Shown here: piece by piece, positions 55,000-64,000 of the stretch | Layout of the letters: the number at the start of each line of letters is the position of its first letter | Numbering within the stretch: position 1 is the first letter of the stretch | Assembly (NCBI GenBank): GCA_965261005.1 | Contig: OZ253375.1 | Coordinates: 1,568,001-1,632,000 of the forward strand | Origin: Deinococcus sp. | GTDB lineage: Bacteria; Deinococcota; Deinococci; Deinococcales; Deinococcaceae | Reading direction: 5' to 3' | Length of the DNA stretch: 64,000 nt | Notes under the pieces: model-generated | Seen by the model: the letters and a program-made list of their open reading frames with translations, nothing else | What the model was told of the DNA's origin: nothing | Database searches by the model: none | Program-made: the position numbers and the translations under genes

Positions 55000-56070
55000 G
55001 TGGCCAAGTACGACCTCAGTTTGCCCGTCCTGATCCTGCTGCTGCTGGGTGCAGGTCTCGTCACCATCAGCAGCGTGGCGACCTCGCCGAACCTCGTCTC
55101 GGAGGGCCTCTTCGCCAAGCAGCTGCTGGGCCTGCTCATCGCGGCCGTGCCGCTGGCGCTGATGTGGTGGGCCGGGCGCGACCGCATCTACGCCTTCGCG
55201 CCCTCCCTATACCTGCTGGCCCTGCTGCTGCTGGCAGCGACCTTCGTGATCGGCAAGGACGTGAACGGTCAGCGCAATTGGCTGGTCCTCGGCCCGGTTC
55301 AGTTTCAGCCGCTGGAACTGGCCAAGCTCTCGCTGATCGCGCTGCTGCCGGTGGTGATGCGCGGCGGCTACCAAGGGCTGCGCTCGTACCTGCTGCCGCT
55401 CGCGCTGTTCGTGCCGGTGCTGGCCCTGGTCATCAAAGAGGACTTCGGCGGCGGCATGGTGCTGACGGGCATGCTGGGCTGCATGCTGGTCGCGTGGCGC
55501 ATCCCGCTGTGGCACATCCTGGCGGCGCTGCTGGTCGTGGGCGTGGCCTTTCCGACCGCCATCTACCCGCGCCTGAAGCCGTACCAGCAAAGCCGCCTGA
55601 CCATTTTCACCGACCCCTATCAGGACCCGCGCGGCGCGGGCTACCACCAGATTCAGTCCATGATCGCCATCGGCTCGGGGGGCATGCAGGGCAAGGGGTA
55701 CGGCAAGGGCACCCAGACCCACAACGGCTTCGTGTACAGCCAACACAGCGACTTCGTGTTCGCGTCGTGGTCCGAGGAGCAGGGCTTTGTGGGCGCCGTG
55801 GCGCTGCTGAGCGTGTACGCCGCGCTGTTTTGGCGCCTGGCCGGCATGTCGGGCGAGGTCACGCGCGAGCAGGACAAGCTGCTCTTCGCGGGCGTGCTGG
55901 GCCAGCTCGGCGTGCAGGTGACCGAAAACATCGGGGCGTCCTTGTCCATGCTGCCCCTCACCGGCATCACGCTCCCCCTGGTCAGCTACGGCCTGAGTTC
56001 GCTGGTGTCGGTGCTGACCACCTTGGGCCTGGCCTACGTGGTGTACCGCGACCGTCTCCGGGAGATTTGA
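55000..56070 (+). CDS. rodA: FtsW/RodA/SpoVE family protein (RodA-like)
   Basis: QFQPLELAK, LKPYQQSRL, GAGYHQIQSMIAIGSGG, HSDFVF, TGITLPLVSYG. Confidence 0.85.
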   Translation: MAKYDLSLPVLILLLLGAGLVTISSVATSPNLVSEGLFAKQLLGLLIAAVPLALMWWAGRDRIYAFAPSLYLLALLLLAATFVIGKDVNGQRNWLVLGPVQFQPLELAKLSLIALLPVVMRGGYQGLRSYLLPLALFVPVLALVIKEDFGGGMVLTGMLGCMLVAWRIPLWHILAALLVVGVAFPTAIYPRLKPYQQSRLTIFTDPYQDPRGAGYHQIQSMIAIGSGGMQGKGYGKGTQTHNGFVYSQHSDFVFASWSEEQGFVGAVALLSVYAALFWRLAGMSGEVTREQDKLLFAGVLGQLGVQVTENIGASLSMLPLTGITLPLVSYGLSSLVSVLTTLGLAYVVYRDRLREI

Positions 56071-56082
56071 GGGCGTGAAGTC

Positions 56083-57081
56083 ATGAACATAGACATCTCC
56101 CCCGCGACCAAGCAGTTGCAGGCGCTGTACGACGGCTTCGTCGCCGCCCTGCCCAACTTGGTGCTCGCCATCATCGTCTTCGCTATCTTTTGGTTTTTGG
56201 CGCGCTTTTTGCGCGGGTTGGTGACGCGCATCTGGGCCTCGCGCGATCAGGGGCAGAACGTCGCCCGTGTGCTGGGGCGGCTGGCCTCGGGCCTGATCAT
56301 CTTCGTGGGCCTCTTGATCTCGCTGTCGGTGGTCTTTCCGACCATCAACGCGGCCAGCCTGCTCAGCGCCCTCGGCGTGGGCGGCGTGGCCGTCGGCTTC
56401 GCGTTTCGGGAAATTCTGCAAAACCTGCTGGCCGGCATTCTGATTCTGCTGACGCAGCCCTTCCACATCGGCGACCAGATCGTGGTGGGGGACGCCGAGG
56501 GCACCGTCGAGGACATTTTGGTGCGCGCCACCGTGCTGCGTACCTACGACAACCGCCAAGTGGTCATTCCCAACTCGGACCTCTTCACCAACCGCGTCAC
56601 GGTCAACACCGGCTACGACAAGAGAAGGCTGCAATACGACGTGGGCATCGGCTACGGCGACGACGTGGCGCGCGCCAAGCAGCTGATGCTGGAGGCCGTG
56701 GGCGAGCTTGAGGGTGTCCTGAGCGACCCCGCGCCCGAGGCGCTGGTGGTGGACCTGGCGGGCAGCAGCGTCAACATCCGTCTGCGCTGGTGGATCAATC
56801 CCCCGCGGCGCAAGGACGCCGTGAGCAGCGTGGACACGGTACTGCACGCCGTGCGCGACAAGCTGATCGGGGGCGGCGTGGACTTGCCCTTTCCCACCCA
56901 ACAAATTCTCTTTCACGACCAGACCGAGGCGACCGACGGCGACCGGCGCCAGCAGCGCGAGGGGTGGCCGGCCGGGAAGGGCGAGGTGCCGCGCCCGCGC
57001 TGGAAGGTGCTGGAGCAGAAGCAAGCTGCCCAGGCGTCAAGCGCACCGGCCGAGCCAAAGCGGCAAGACCAGGAAGCCTGA
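56083..57081 (+). CDS. Small-conductance mechanosensitive channel (MscS family)
   Basis: GVGGVAVGFAFREILQNLLAG..PFHIGDQI..IPNS. Confidence 0.92.
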   Translation: MNIDISPATKQLQALYDGFVAALPNLVLAIIVFAIFWFLARFLRGLVTRIWASRDQGQNVARVLGRLASGLIIFVGLLISLSVVFPTINAASLLSALGVGGVAVGFAFREILQNLLAGILILLTQPFHIGDQIVVGDAEGTVEDILVRATVLRTYDNRQVVIPNSDLFTNRVTVNTGYDKRRLQYDVGIGYGDDVARAKQLMLEAVGELEGVLSDPAPEALVVDLAGSSVNIRLRWWINPPRRKDAVSSVDTVLHAVRDKLIGGGVDLPFPTQQILFHDQTEATDGDRRQQREGWPAGKGEVPRPRWKVLEQKQAAQASSAPAEPKRQDQEA

Positions 57082-57087
57082 GCGTTC

Positions 57088-58404
57088 TTGAACGTCCGTC
57101 TGTCGGTGTGGCGCGACAATTTGCTGGGCAGCTTCTGGTTCGTGCCCGCCCTGATGACGCTGACGGCCGCCCTGCTGGCCCTGGCCTTGAACGCGCTGGA
57201 CGAGCGGGTCGCCTTGGCGAACATTCCCTGGCTGGCGTGGACCTACGCGGGCGGCCCCGAGGGGGCGCGGGCCGTGCTCTCAACCATTGGCGGCGGCATG
57301 CTGGCGGTGGCGGGCACGGTCTTTTCCATCACCATCGCGGCGCTCTCACTCGCGTCGGGGCAGATGGGGCCTCGCCTGCTGCGCAACTTCACGCGCGACC
57401 GGGGCAACCAGGTCACGCTGGGCGCCTTTATCGCCACCTTCACCTACTGTCTGCTGGTCCTGCGCACAGTGCGCGGCCTCACGGACAGCACCTTCGTGCC
57501 GCACCTGGCCGTCAGCTTCGCCTTGCTGCTGGCCCTCTTCGACCTCGGCATGCTGATCTACTTCATCCACCACATCGCGGGCGCCATCAACGTCACGCAC
57601 GTAATCGCCCTGGTCAGCCGCGACTTGGAGCAGACCCTGGAGGAACGCCTCCAGCCGGCCGACCCGGGGGAGGCTTGGCGCGCGGCGCCCGACTTGCCGC
57701 CCGGCTTTGGGGCGCGCGCCGGCGTGGTCCGGGCGCACAGGGGCGGCTACCTTCAGGCCGTGGACACGGACACCCTGCTCAGGGGGGCCGCCGAACAGGG
57801 CGCCTTTGTACAGCTGCTGGTGCGGCCAGGGGAATTTGTGTTCGAGGGGATGCCGGTGGCGCGCAGCTTGCCGGCGTGGCGCGGCGACTTGGAGGGCGCC
57901 TTGGTCCTGGGCGGCGAGCGGACCACCCAACAGGACATTGAGTACGCCGTGCGCCAAATCGTGGAGGTCGCGGTGCGCGCCCTCTCGCCGGGCATCAACG
58001 ACCCCTTCACGGCCATCAATTGCCTCGACCGGCTGGGCAACGCCCTGTGCCAACTCTCCGGGCGGCAACTGCCCTCGCCGTACCACTACGCCGGGGGCGA
58101 GCTGCACCTGATCGTGCCGACCCCCGACTTCGGCGGCGTCGTGGACGGCATGTTTAACCAGATTCGCCAAAATGGCGCCGGGCACCCGGCCGTGCTGATC
58201 CGCTTGCTGGAGGTGCTGAACGTGGTGGCCGGCTGTCTGAGCGGCCAGGAGCGCCTGGGCGCCCTGCGCAAACACGCCGAGCTGACCTTGGAGGCCGGGC
58301 GGCGCGGCGATTGGCAGCCGGGCGACCTCGCCGACTTGGAGCGGCGCGGGCGGGCCTTTCACGAGGGGCTGGCGAAACGGGACCGAATGACTCAGGGCGC
58401 CTGA
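57088..58404 (+). CDS. DUF2254 family membrane protein
   Basis: SFWFVP, ASGQMGPRLL, EVAVRALSPGINDPFTA. Confidence 0.85.
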   Translation: MNVRLSVWRDNLLGSFWFVPALMTLTAALLALALNALDERVALANIPWLAWTYAGGPEGARAVLSTIGGGMLAVAGTVFSITIAALSLASGQMGPRLLRNFTRDRGNQVTLGAFIATFTYCLLVLRTVRGLTDSTFVPHLAVSFALLLALFDLGMLIYFIHHIAGAINVTHVIALVSRDLEQTLEERLQPADPGEAWRAAPDLPPGFGARAGVVRAHRGGYLQAVDTDTLLRGAAEQGAFVQLLVRPGEFVFEGMPVARSLPAWRGDLEGALVLGGERTTQQDIEYAVRQIVEVAVRALSPGINDPFTAINCLDRLGNALCQLSGRQLPSPYHYAGGELHLIVPTPDFGGVVDGMFNQIRQNGAGHPAVLIRLLEVLNVVAGCLSGQERLGALRKHAELTLEAGRRGDWQPGDLADLERRGRAFHEGLAKRDRMTQGA

Positions 58405-58407
58405 AGG

Positions 58408-58656
58408 TCAACCGCGCTTGCCAAAGATCGCCGCGCACGACGCGCCCAGGTACGCCAGCACGCCGGCGGCGACCGGCCACTCGGGGCCGTTCAAGCTGAC
58501 CACGACCAAGCCGGCCAACAGACCGGCGCCCAGCACCAGCGAAAAGCCGAAGCCGGCGCCCCCCACGCCCGCGCGCACCTGCACGCCCCACAGGTAGCCC
58601 GACCCCGTGAGCAGCACGACCAGGGCCGCCTGAAACGCTTGAGCGTTCACCCCCAC
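58408..58656 (-). CDS. Small membrane protein
   Basis: 82 aa with three hydrophobic segments; exact start uncertain. Confidence 0.6.
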   Translation of the reverse strand: MGVNAQAFQAALVVLLTGSGYLWGVQVRAGVGGAGFGFSLVLGAGLLAGLVVVSLNGPEWPVAAGVLAYLGASCAAIFGKRG

Positions 58657-58679
58657 ACTGTACGGCGCTAGACTGCCCC

Positions 58680-58997
58680 ATGCGAAGCGTCTACCTGACC
58701 GTCGCCCGATTGTTGCAACAGGGGCGCGAGGCCGCCTTGGAGGGCGAGGGGGCGGAGGCGGTGCGCGCGTACGAAGGGGCGCTGGACCTGCTGCGCGCCT
58801 TGCCGCCCGAGCGCACCCGCGACGTGCTGCTGGCGCATACCCACCTGGCCTACTACCAAACCCTGGCCCTCTCGAACCGCCAGAACGCCACGCAGGAACA
58901 CCTCCACCTGGGCATCTCCTACGCCCGCAGCACCCGCGACCCCCTGGCCCGCGCCATCGCCGAGGAGTGCCTGAGCGGGCTGGATGTGGCGCTGTAG
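58680..58997 (+). CDS. Hypothetical helical (TPR-like) protein
   Basis: TAGACT 5 nt before the ATG; abuts zapE. Confidence 0.7.
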   Translation: MRSVYLTVARLLQQGREAALEGEGAEAVRAYEGALDLLRALPPERTRDVLLAHTHLAYYQTLALSNRQNATQEHLHLGISYARSTRDPLARAIAEECLSGLDVAL

Positions 58998-60077
58998 ATG
59001 GTTGAAGGGATAGACCTCACGCGCCGCCGCCCGAAGCTGGAGCCGCTGGAATTCGTCGCCTCGTTGCATCCGGGGCGCCGCTTTGAGGACGTTCGCCTCT
59101 CGACCTTCCGCCCGAACCCCGCTTTTCCCTCGCAGGCGCAGGTCCGGGACCGGCTCAGCGCGTTCGTATCGGACATCAGCGCGCCGAAGGGCCGGTTCGC
59201 CGCGCGCCTGTTCACCTCGCGCGGCGCGACCGGAGGACGCGGGCTATACCTTGACGGCGGCTTCGGCGTGGGCAAGACGCACCTGCTGGCCGGCGCCTAC
59301 TTCGATTTTCTAAAGAGTGAAGGGGGAGGACGCGCGAAGTACCTGAGCTTTCAAGACTTGATGTACGCCCTCGGCGCGCTCGGCATGGCGCGGGCCATTC
59401 AGGTGTTTTCCAACGTCTCGCTGCTGTGCATTGACGAGTTCGAGCTGGACGATCCGGGCAGTACCCACCTCGCCAACACCTTTTTGAGGGCGATGATGCC
59501 GCGCGGCTGCTCGGTGATCGCCACCTCCAACACGCCGCCGGGCGCCCTTGGCGAGGGCCGCTTTAACGCCCCGCGCTTCGAGAACGAGATTCGCAGCATC
59601 GGCGCGCGCTTCGAGACGCTGCACCTCGACGGACCGGATTACCGCCAGCGCGACCGCGTTCCCGCCGAGGTGTTGACGCCGGAAGAGTTTGACAATTGGA
59701 CCGCACGTCAGCCTAAAGAGACGTTGGCGATCCTGAACGCGAGCGCGCTGCAAGACTTGCTGCTGGCCGTGCATCCCGCCCGCTTCGCCGCGCTGCTGGG
59801 TGGCGTCACCTCGTTGGGTATCACCGACCTCGTGCCCATGACGCACGCGAATTCCGCGCTGCGTGAAAACACCGCCATTCGCTTCGTTCACTTCGTGGAC
59901 AAGGTGTACGAGTCGGGGTTGAGCGTAGGTCTGACCGGCGTGGCGCTGGAAGACCTGTTTCACGAAAGCTACCGCGACCGTGGCTACGCCAAGAAATACG
60001 CGCGCTGTCTGTCGCGGTTGTCAGAGCTGATGGCGGAGGCAAAAACTGTCCGGCCCCCCGTTACAGCCCTTCCCTGA
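58998..60077 (+). CDS. zapE: Cell division ATPase ZapE (AFG1 family)
   Basis: GLYLDGGFGVGKTHLL, LCIDEFELDDPG, ATSNT, DGPDYR, RFVHFVDKVY. Confidence 0.9.
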   Translation: MVEGIDLTRRRPKLEPLEFVASLHPGRRFEDVRLSTFRPNPAFPSQAQVRDRLSAFVSDISAPKGRFAARLFTSRGATGGRGLYLDGGFGVGKTHLLAGAYFDFLKSEGGGRAKYLSFQDLMYALGALGMARAIQVFSNVSLLCIDEFELDDPGSTHLANTFLRAMMPRGCSVIATSNTPPGALGEGRFNAPRFENEIRSIGARFETLHLDGPDYRQRDRVPAEVLTPEEFDNWTARQPKETLAILNASALQDLLLAVHPARFAALLGGVTSLGITDLVPMTHANSALRENTAIRFVHFVDKVYESGLSVGLTGVALEDLFHESYRDRGYAKKYARCLSRLSELMAEAKTVRPPVTALP

Positions 60078-60423
60078 CCGCCTTCGGCAATCCCCGCCGC
60101 ACCAAGTCATACGAGTGACGCAGCAGCTCGCGCGTCAGTTCCTCCGGCAGCGAGCCGTCGAGCGTGAGGGTGTTCCAGTGGCGCTTGTTGAGGTGGTAGC
60201 CGGGCAGGATGGCCGGGTGGGCGGCGCGCAGGGCCTCGGCGCGAACGGGGTCGCACTTGAGGCTGAGGTACAGGGGATCGCCTGCGATATCGGTCAGGGC
60301 GTACATGCGGCGCGTCTCCCCCACTCCGACCTTGAACACCAGGGTGGTCGCGCCAAAGGGAAAGGTCTCGGCCGAACCCGGTAGGGCGGCGCAAGTGGCG
60401 CGAAGGTCGGCGACGGTCAGCAT
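60061..60423 (-). CDS. MmcQ/YjbR family DNA-binding protein
   Basis: ETFPFG..VFKVG, LKCDP, PGYHLNKRHWNT, SYDLV. Confidence 0.92.
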   Translation of the reverse strand: MLTVADLRATCAALPGSAETFPFGATTLVFKVGVGETRRMYALTDIAGDPLYLSLKCDPVRAEALRAAHPAILPGYHLNKRHWNTLTLDGSLPEELTRELLRHSYDLVRRGLPKAVREGL

Positions 60424-60471
60424 GCCTTTAAGGGTGGATAGTTCGGCCCGCCCAAAGTGTGGGCCACCTCG

Positions 60472-61065
60472 TCAGAAGCCATCTCCGTTGACCTTGTCCA
60501 GTTCTGACTTGCAAGCTTCATAATTATCAAAGCGGTAACGAACGTTAACATATCCCTCTTCAGGGGACAAGGCTCCGGCTATGGCGGCGATTTCTATCAG
60601 GTCGCTGGGCAAGTTTGAACCATCCTCAAGGCTCCAGTATGATTCCAAGTACCTGTCCTCTTGTTCCAAGCTAGACATCCAGTCCTTTGTACCGCTCAGC
60701 TTGCTGTCAGAGTCAATATCATCGTAATCTTCCGACGGACCATACTTGACCTTCAGAACATCGTGGAATTCTTTAAATTTCGACTTCAGCTTATTTCCCG
60801 CAGGATCTGTGGCGACGGTATCGCCGATTCCCGTGACTTGACAAACACCGTCTTTGTCCGTGGCTTTTACCGTGTAGTACTCGAACGCAGCATTGGGCGT
60901 CGGGACGTCTTTAAGCTTCCAAGACCTGTATTCCTCCTGGTACACGGCGCCCATCGACTTGAGCTGCTGAATGGTCGTCCCCTTGACCAGTCCGAAAGAG
61001 GTCGAGCCTTGGGCCGAAGCGCAAGAAGCGATGAGAAAACCGGCCATAACGTACATCATCTTCAT
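60472..61065 (-). CDS. Hypothetical exported or lipoprotein, low GC
   Basis: Signal-like N-terminus and an acidic body, markedly lower GC than its neighbours. TATACT box upstream. Confidence 0.75.
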   Translation of the reverse strand: MKMMYVMAGFLIASCASAQGSTSFGLVKGTTIQQLKSMGAVYQEEYRSWKLKDVPTPNAAFEYYTVKATDKDGVCQVTGIGDTVATDPAGNKLKSKFKEFHDVLKVKYGPSEDYDDIDSDSKLSGTKDWMSSLEQEDRYLESYWSLEDGSNLPSDLIEIAAIAGALSPEEGYVNVRYRFDNYEACKSELDKVNGDGF

Positions 61066-61168
61066 ACTTCAAGAGTATAGCCGGCAACGTTGAGTTCAAG
61101 CGCTCATCAGCTTGCCGGACAACCGGACCGAGGCGACCGGAGTTTTGTTTCCGCCTTGGAAAGGGCGT

Positions 61169-61960
61169 TTATCTGGAACCCCGCGCCCTCAACCCTTGCC
61201 GCAGCTGCTCGGCGAGACGGAACCACTCTCGCTCCTGGCTGCGGTACAACCCGTTCGCGCGGCGGTAGGTCTTTTCGATTTGCGCGAGAAAGCCGGCAGC
61301 CTCTTCCGGGCGACCACGCGCCAGCAAAAATTCGGCGTAGCGGGCGCGCGGCTCCTCGCCCGTGGCCGCGCGCATCGCCTCTTGGTACAGGCGCTCGGCG
61401 CGCTCCGGCTCGTTCAGGGCCTCGTAGGTGCGCGCCAGCAGCGTTCTCGCGCGGGCTTGCAGGGCCTGCGAGCGCATGGCCTCGATGCGCTCCAATAGGT
61501 CGCGCGCCTCCGGGTACTTCTCACGGCGAAAGGCGAGGTCGGCCAATTGGTAGAGGAGGCCGGGGTCGTCGGCGTAGATGCCAGTTCTGGCCGGGGCCAG
61601 CACGGCCTCGGCCTCCTCCAAGCGTCCGGCGCGCGACAGTTCGGCCGCCAGCGCCACGCGGTTTTGCAGGGTGTCGAGTTCTTCAAGCTGCTCACGCCGG
61701 GCCTGCACGCGCGACTCCGTGGAGCGCAAGCCCTCCAAGGCCGGCTCCAAGTTCAGCCGCATGCGGGGACCGCGCAGCCCGGGCAGCATCTCCATGAAGA
61801 AGTACAGCACCACGCCCAGCGCCGGAATAAAGAAGATCACGAAGAGCCAGAAAATCGGTTTGCGGTTCAGCAGCGCGTGAACGATGAACAGGATCTGAAG
61901 CGCGCCGAGAATCAAGCTGGCGTAGGGAAACTGGTACACCCAGCCGAGCAGCGACGACAT
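61169..61960 (-). CDS. Membrane-anchored tetratricopeptide-repeat protein
   Basis: N-terminal TM pair (WLFVIFFIPALGVVLYFF) followed by TPR-like helices. Confidence 0.85.
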   Translation of the reverse strand: MSSLLGWVYQFPYASLILGALQILFIVHALLNRKPIFWLFVIFFIPALGVVLYFFMEMLPGLRGPRMRLNLEPALEGLRSTESRVQARREQLEELDTLQNRVALAAELSRAGRLEEAEAVLAPARTGIYADDPGLLYQLADLAFRREKYPEARDLLERIEAMRSQALQARARTLLARTYEALNEPERAERLYQEAMRAATGEEPRARYAEFLLARGRPEEAAGFLAQIEKTYRRANGLYRSQEREWFRLAEQLRQGLRARGSR

Positions 61961-62023
61961 GAGAAGCAGTCTAGAGCATGTTTCTGAGCGTTTTCCGGCC
62001 GCGCGTTGCTAGACTTGGGCGCG

Positions 62024-63142
62024 ATGAGCGAGCCGGACATTCCGGGCCTGTTGCCGCTGGAGCGCGAGATCGGGCGCGCTTGGAGGGCGTCCTCGGACGC
62101 CCTGACGCGCTGGGGCCTGCGCCTGCTGACCGTGCTGCTGCTGGCGGCCCTGTTCGCGCTGCTGTACCGACTGCTGATGGCCGGGGCGCGCGGGGCGGCC
62201 CGGCGCTTTGTGGGTCTGGAGCCGTGGCTGCCGCTGGCGGGCATCAGCGCCTGGCTCAGCTGCCTGAGTTTGTTTCTGGTCAGCGCGGTCAGCTTGTTTC
62301 CGGTGAGCGCCAAGTGGGCGGCGCCCCTCGCGCGGGTGTACCTGGTGCTGCTGCTGCTGTTTCTGGGCTGGGCGCTGCTGCGCCGCTTGCTCGCGCGCCT
62401 GTTCACGCGCTTCGGACTCGACGCCAGCTTGGAGCTGCTGGCGCTGAACGTCTCGCTGGGCGTGTGGATCGCGGTGGGGCTGTACCTGGTCTTTCAGCAG
62501 TTCGGCATCAACTTGCTGCCCATTCTGGGCGGCCTCGGCATCGCCGGCGTGGCAGTCGGCTTCGCGGCGCAGGATCTTCTTTCCAACTTGCTGGCCGGCG
62601 TTACCCTGCTGCTCGACCGGCCCTTCACGCTGGGGGACTGGATCCGGGTGAACGATTGGGAAGGGCAGGTGCAGCGCCTGACCCTGCGCACCACCCGGCT
62701 GCGCACCCGCGACAACGAGCTGATCTCGATTCCCAACAACAAGGTGGCCGGCAACGACGTGGTCAATCTGACGGCCGGCGGGGCGTTGCGCGTCCGCTCC
62801 AGCCTCGGCGTCAGCTACAAGGCCGACCTCGACACGGCCCGCGAAGCCTTGGCGCGGGTGCTGAACGAGGAACCCAAGGTGCTAGGGGACCCGCCACCGC
62901 GCGTGGCCGTGATGGAACTGGGCGACTCCAGCGTGAGCCTCGACTTGATCTACTGGATCGCGCCCGAAAGCATCGCGCGTCGCCCGGCCATTCAGCAGCG
63001 GGTGATGGAGGCCAGCAAGCGCGCCCTGGACGCCGCCGGCGTCGAGATTCCCTTTCCACAGCGGGTGCTGCACCTCGAAATGGACGAGCGCGCGCGCGCC
63101 CTGCTGGCCCACTTGGGGCGGCCGGGCCAGGAAAAAAGCTGA
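62024..63142 (+). CDS. Small-conductance mechanosensitive channel (MscS family)
   Basis: GIAGVAVGFAAQDLLSNLLAG..DRPFTLGDWI..IPN, IPFPQR. Confidence 0.92.
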   Translation: MSEPDIPGLLPLEREIGRAWRASSDALTRWGLRLLTVLLLAALFALLYRLLMAGARGAARRFVGLEPWLPLAGISAWLSCLSLFLVSAVSLFPVSAKWAAPLARVYLVLLLLFLGWALLRRLLARLFTRFGLDASLELLALNVSLGVWIAVGLYLVFQQFGINLLPILGGLGIAGVAVGFAAQDLLSNLLAGVTLLLDRPFTLGDWIRVNDWEGQVQRLTLRTTRLRTRDNELISIPNNKVAGNDVVNLTAGGALRVRSSLGVSYKADLDTAREALARVLNEEPKVLGDPPPRVAVMELGDSSVSLDLIYWIAPESIARRPAIQQRVMEASKRALDAAGVEIPFPQRVLHLEMDERARALLAHLGRPGQEKS

Positions 63143-63222
63143 GCCACGTCTGCTGAGTCACGTCTACGGCGCCCGTGCGCAAATTCGCTTGGCACGCGTT
63201 TCAAAGCCTGTAGGATGGTGAC

Positions 63223-64000
63223 GTGAGAACATTGCTCTTATTGGCAGCCCTGAGCGCCGGGGTCGCCTCGGCCGCCCCCACGCCGTCCAACTCCACGTCG
63301 TCTACCCTCACGTCGTCCGGCCCCACGCTCTACACCGTGAACCAAGTGCAGTACGTGAATCCCTACGATTTCGCCGCCACCTACGGCGGCAAGGTCAGCG
63401 GCAAAAGCGTGGGACCCGCCTGGGTATTGAGCGTGGGCGACAGAAATCTGCGCCTGATCAACAACTCGGACGTGGCTTACCTGAACGGCCAGCGCGTCCA
63501 GCTGAGCAAGGTGGTCGCCTACGCGCGGGGCCGGCTGCTGGCGCCCTACGGCGACTTGGCGCGCCTGCTGAACGTGGGCGCGCGCCCGGCCCAGGCCGCC
63601 GTGCCCACGCCGTCCAGACAAGCGCCCAAAACGGCGGCGAGCATTCCGCCGAAACCCCTCAACAAGCCGGCCACCGCCCTTCAACCTGCCCCGTCTCAGC
63701 CCGCCCCGTCTCAGCCCGCCCCGGCAGCCGTCGCGCAGCCGGCGGCGACCCCGGCGGTCCAAGCGGCCAAAGTTCAGCCGGCCAAGGTTCAGCCCGCCAA
63801 TGTTCAGCCGGCCAATGTTCAGCCGGCCAATGTTCAGCCGGCCCAGCCCAGCACGGCCCGCGCGGCCAAAACGGCGCGCGCGCCCCTGGACCCTTACGTG
63901 ATCGAGAGCGACATTCCCTCGCGCACCGAGGACCTCGTGAGGGCCAACTATCAGGCGGCGCTTGGCGGTCGCGTGGACGTGAACGGCGTCGTGCAGGCTT
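63223..64000 (+). CDS. Secreted protein with a copper-amine-oxidase-N/stalk-like domain and P/A/Q-rich linker (runs off the window end)
   Basis: My translation from GTG 63223 gives MRTLLLLAALSAGVASA...VAYLNGQRVQL...GRLLAPYGDLARLL. TAGGAT box 6 nt upstream; frame open to the window end. Confidence 0.7.
   Translation, partial: MRTLLLLAALSAGVASAAPTPSNSTSSTLTSSGPTLYTVNQVQYVNPYDFAATYGGKVSGKSVGPAWVLSVGDRNLRLINNSDVAYLNGQRVQLSKVVAYARGRLLAPYGDLARLLNVGARPAQAAVPTPSRQAPKTAASIPPKPLNKPATALQPAPSQPAPSQPAPAAVAQPAATPAVQAAKVQPAKVQPANVQPANVQPANVQPAQPSTARAAKTARAPLDPYVIESDIPSRTEDLVRANYQAALGGRVDVNGVVQA
63757..63846 (+). repeat. In-frame 15-bp tandem repeat (6 units)
   Basis: VQAAK-VQPAK-VQPAN-VQPAN-VQPAN-VQPAQ (GTTCAGCCGGCCAAT consensus). 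Confidence 0.9.

Noticed and set aside
63757..63846. Possible CRISPR array
   Set aside because: 15-bp tandem in-frame units with no spacers and no cas genes in the window.

Overview
A GC-rich (roughly 68-70%) chromosomal segment, very probably from a Deinococcus or close Deinococcota relative. The assignment rests on gene content, TANNNT -10 boxes 5-8 nt before many start codons (leaderless architecture) and Deinococcus-type small repeats. Most of the window is housekeeping: acnA, recN, a NatAB-like ABC exporter, divIVA/yggS/PNP, Omp85/BamA, lptB, deoB, hisD, a probable aminodeoxyfutalosine deaminase, nudC, ggt, secA, tsaD, uppP, uvrD/pcrA, rodA, zapE and two mscS genes. An accessory-rich zone at about 31.7-52.8 kb holds three intact type II TA pairs (two MazF/PemK, one Doc), a decayed HigBA-like locus, a PadR-HAAS pair, TetR-oxidoreductase islets and a MITE-like element. 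Two observations stand out. (1) A 2,985-bp islet with no integrase is inserted in the 3' end of uvrD and flanked by a 49-bp perfect (58-bp near-perfect) duplication of that end. (2) An AT-rich patch of about 200 bp (45% GC) inside uvrD leaves the helicase motifs intact and is centred on GDPDQ|SIY, a candidate intein-homing scar. No rRNA, tRNA, CRISPR array, transposase or integrase was seen. All family assignments come from motif recognition by eye, not from database searches.
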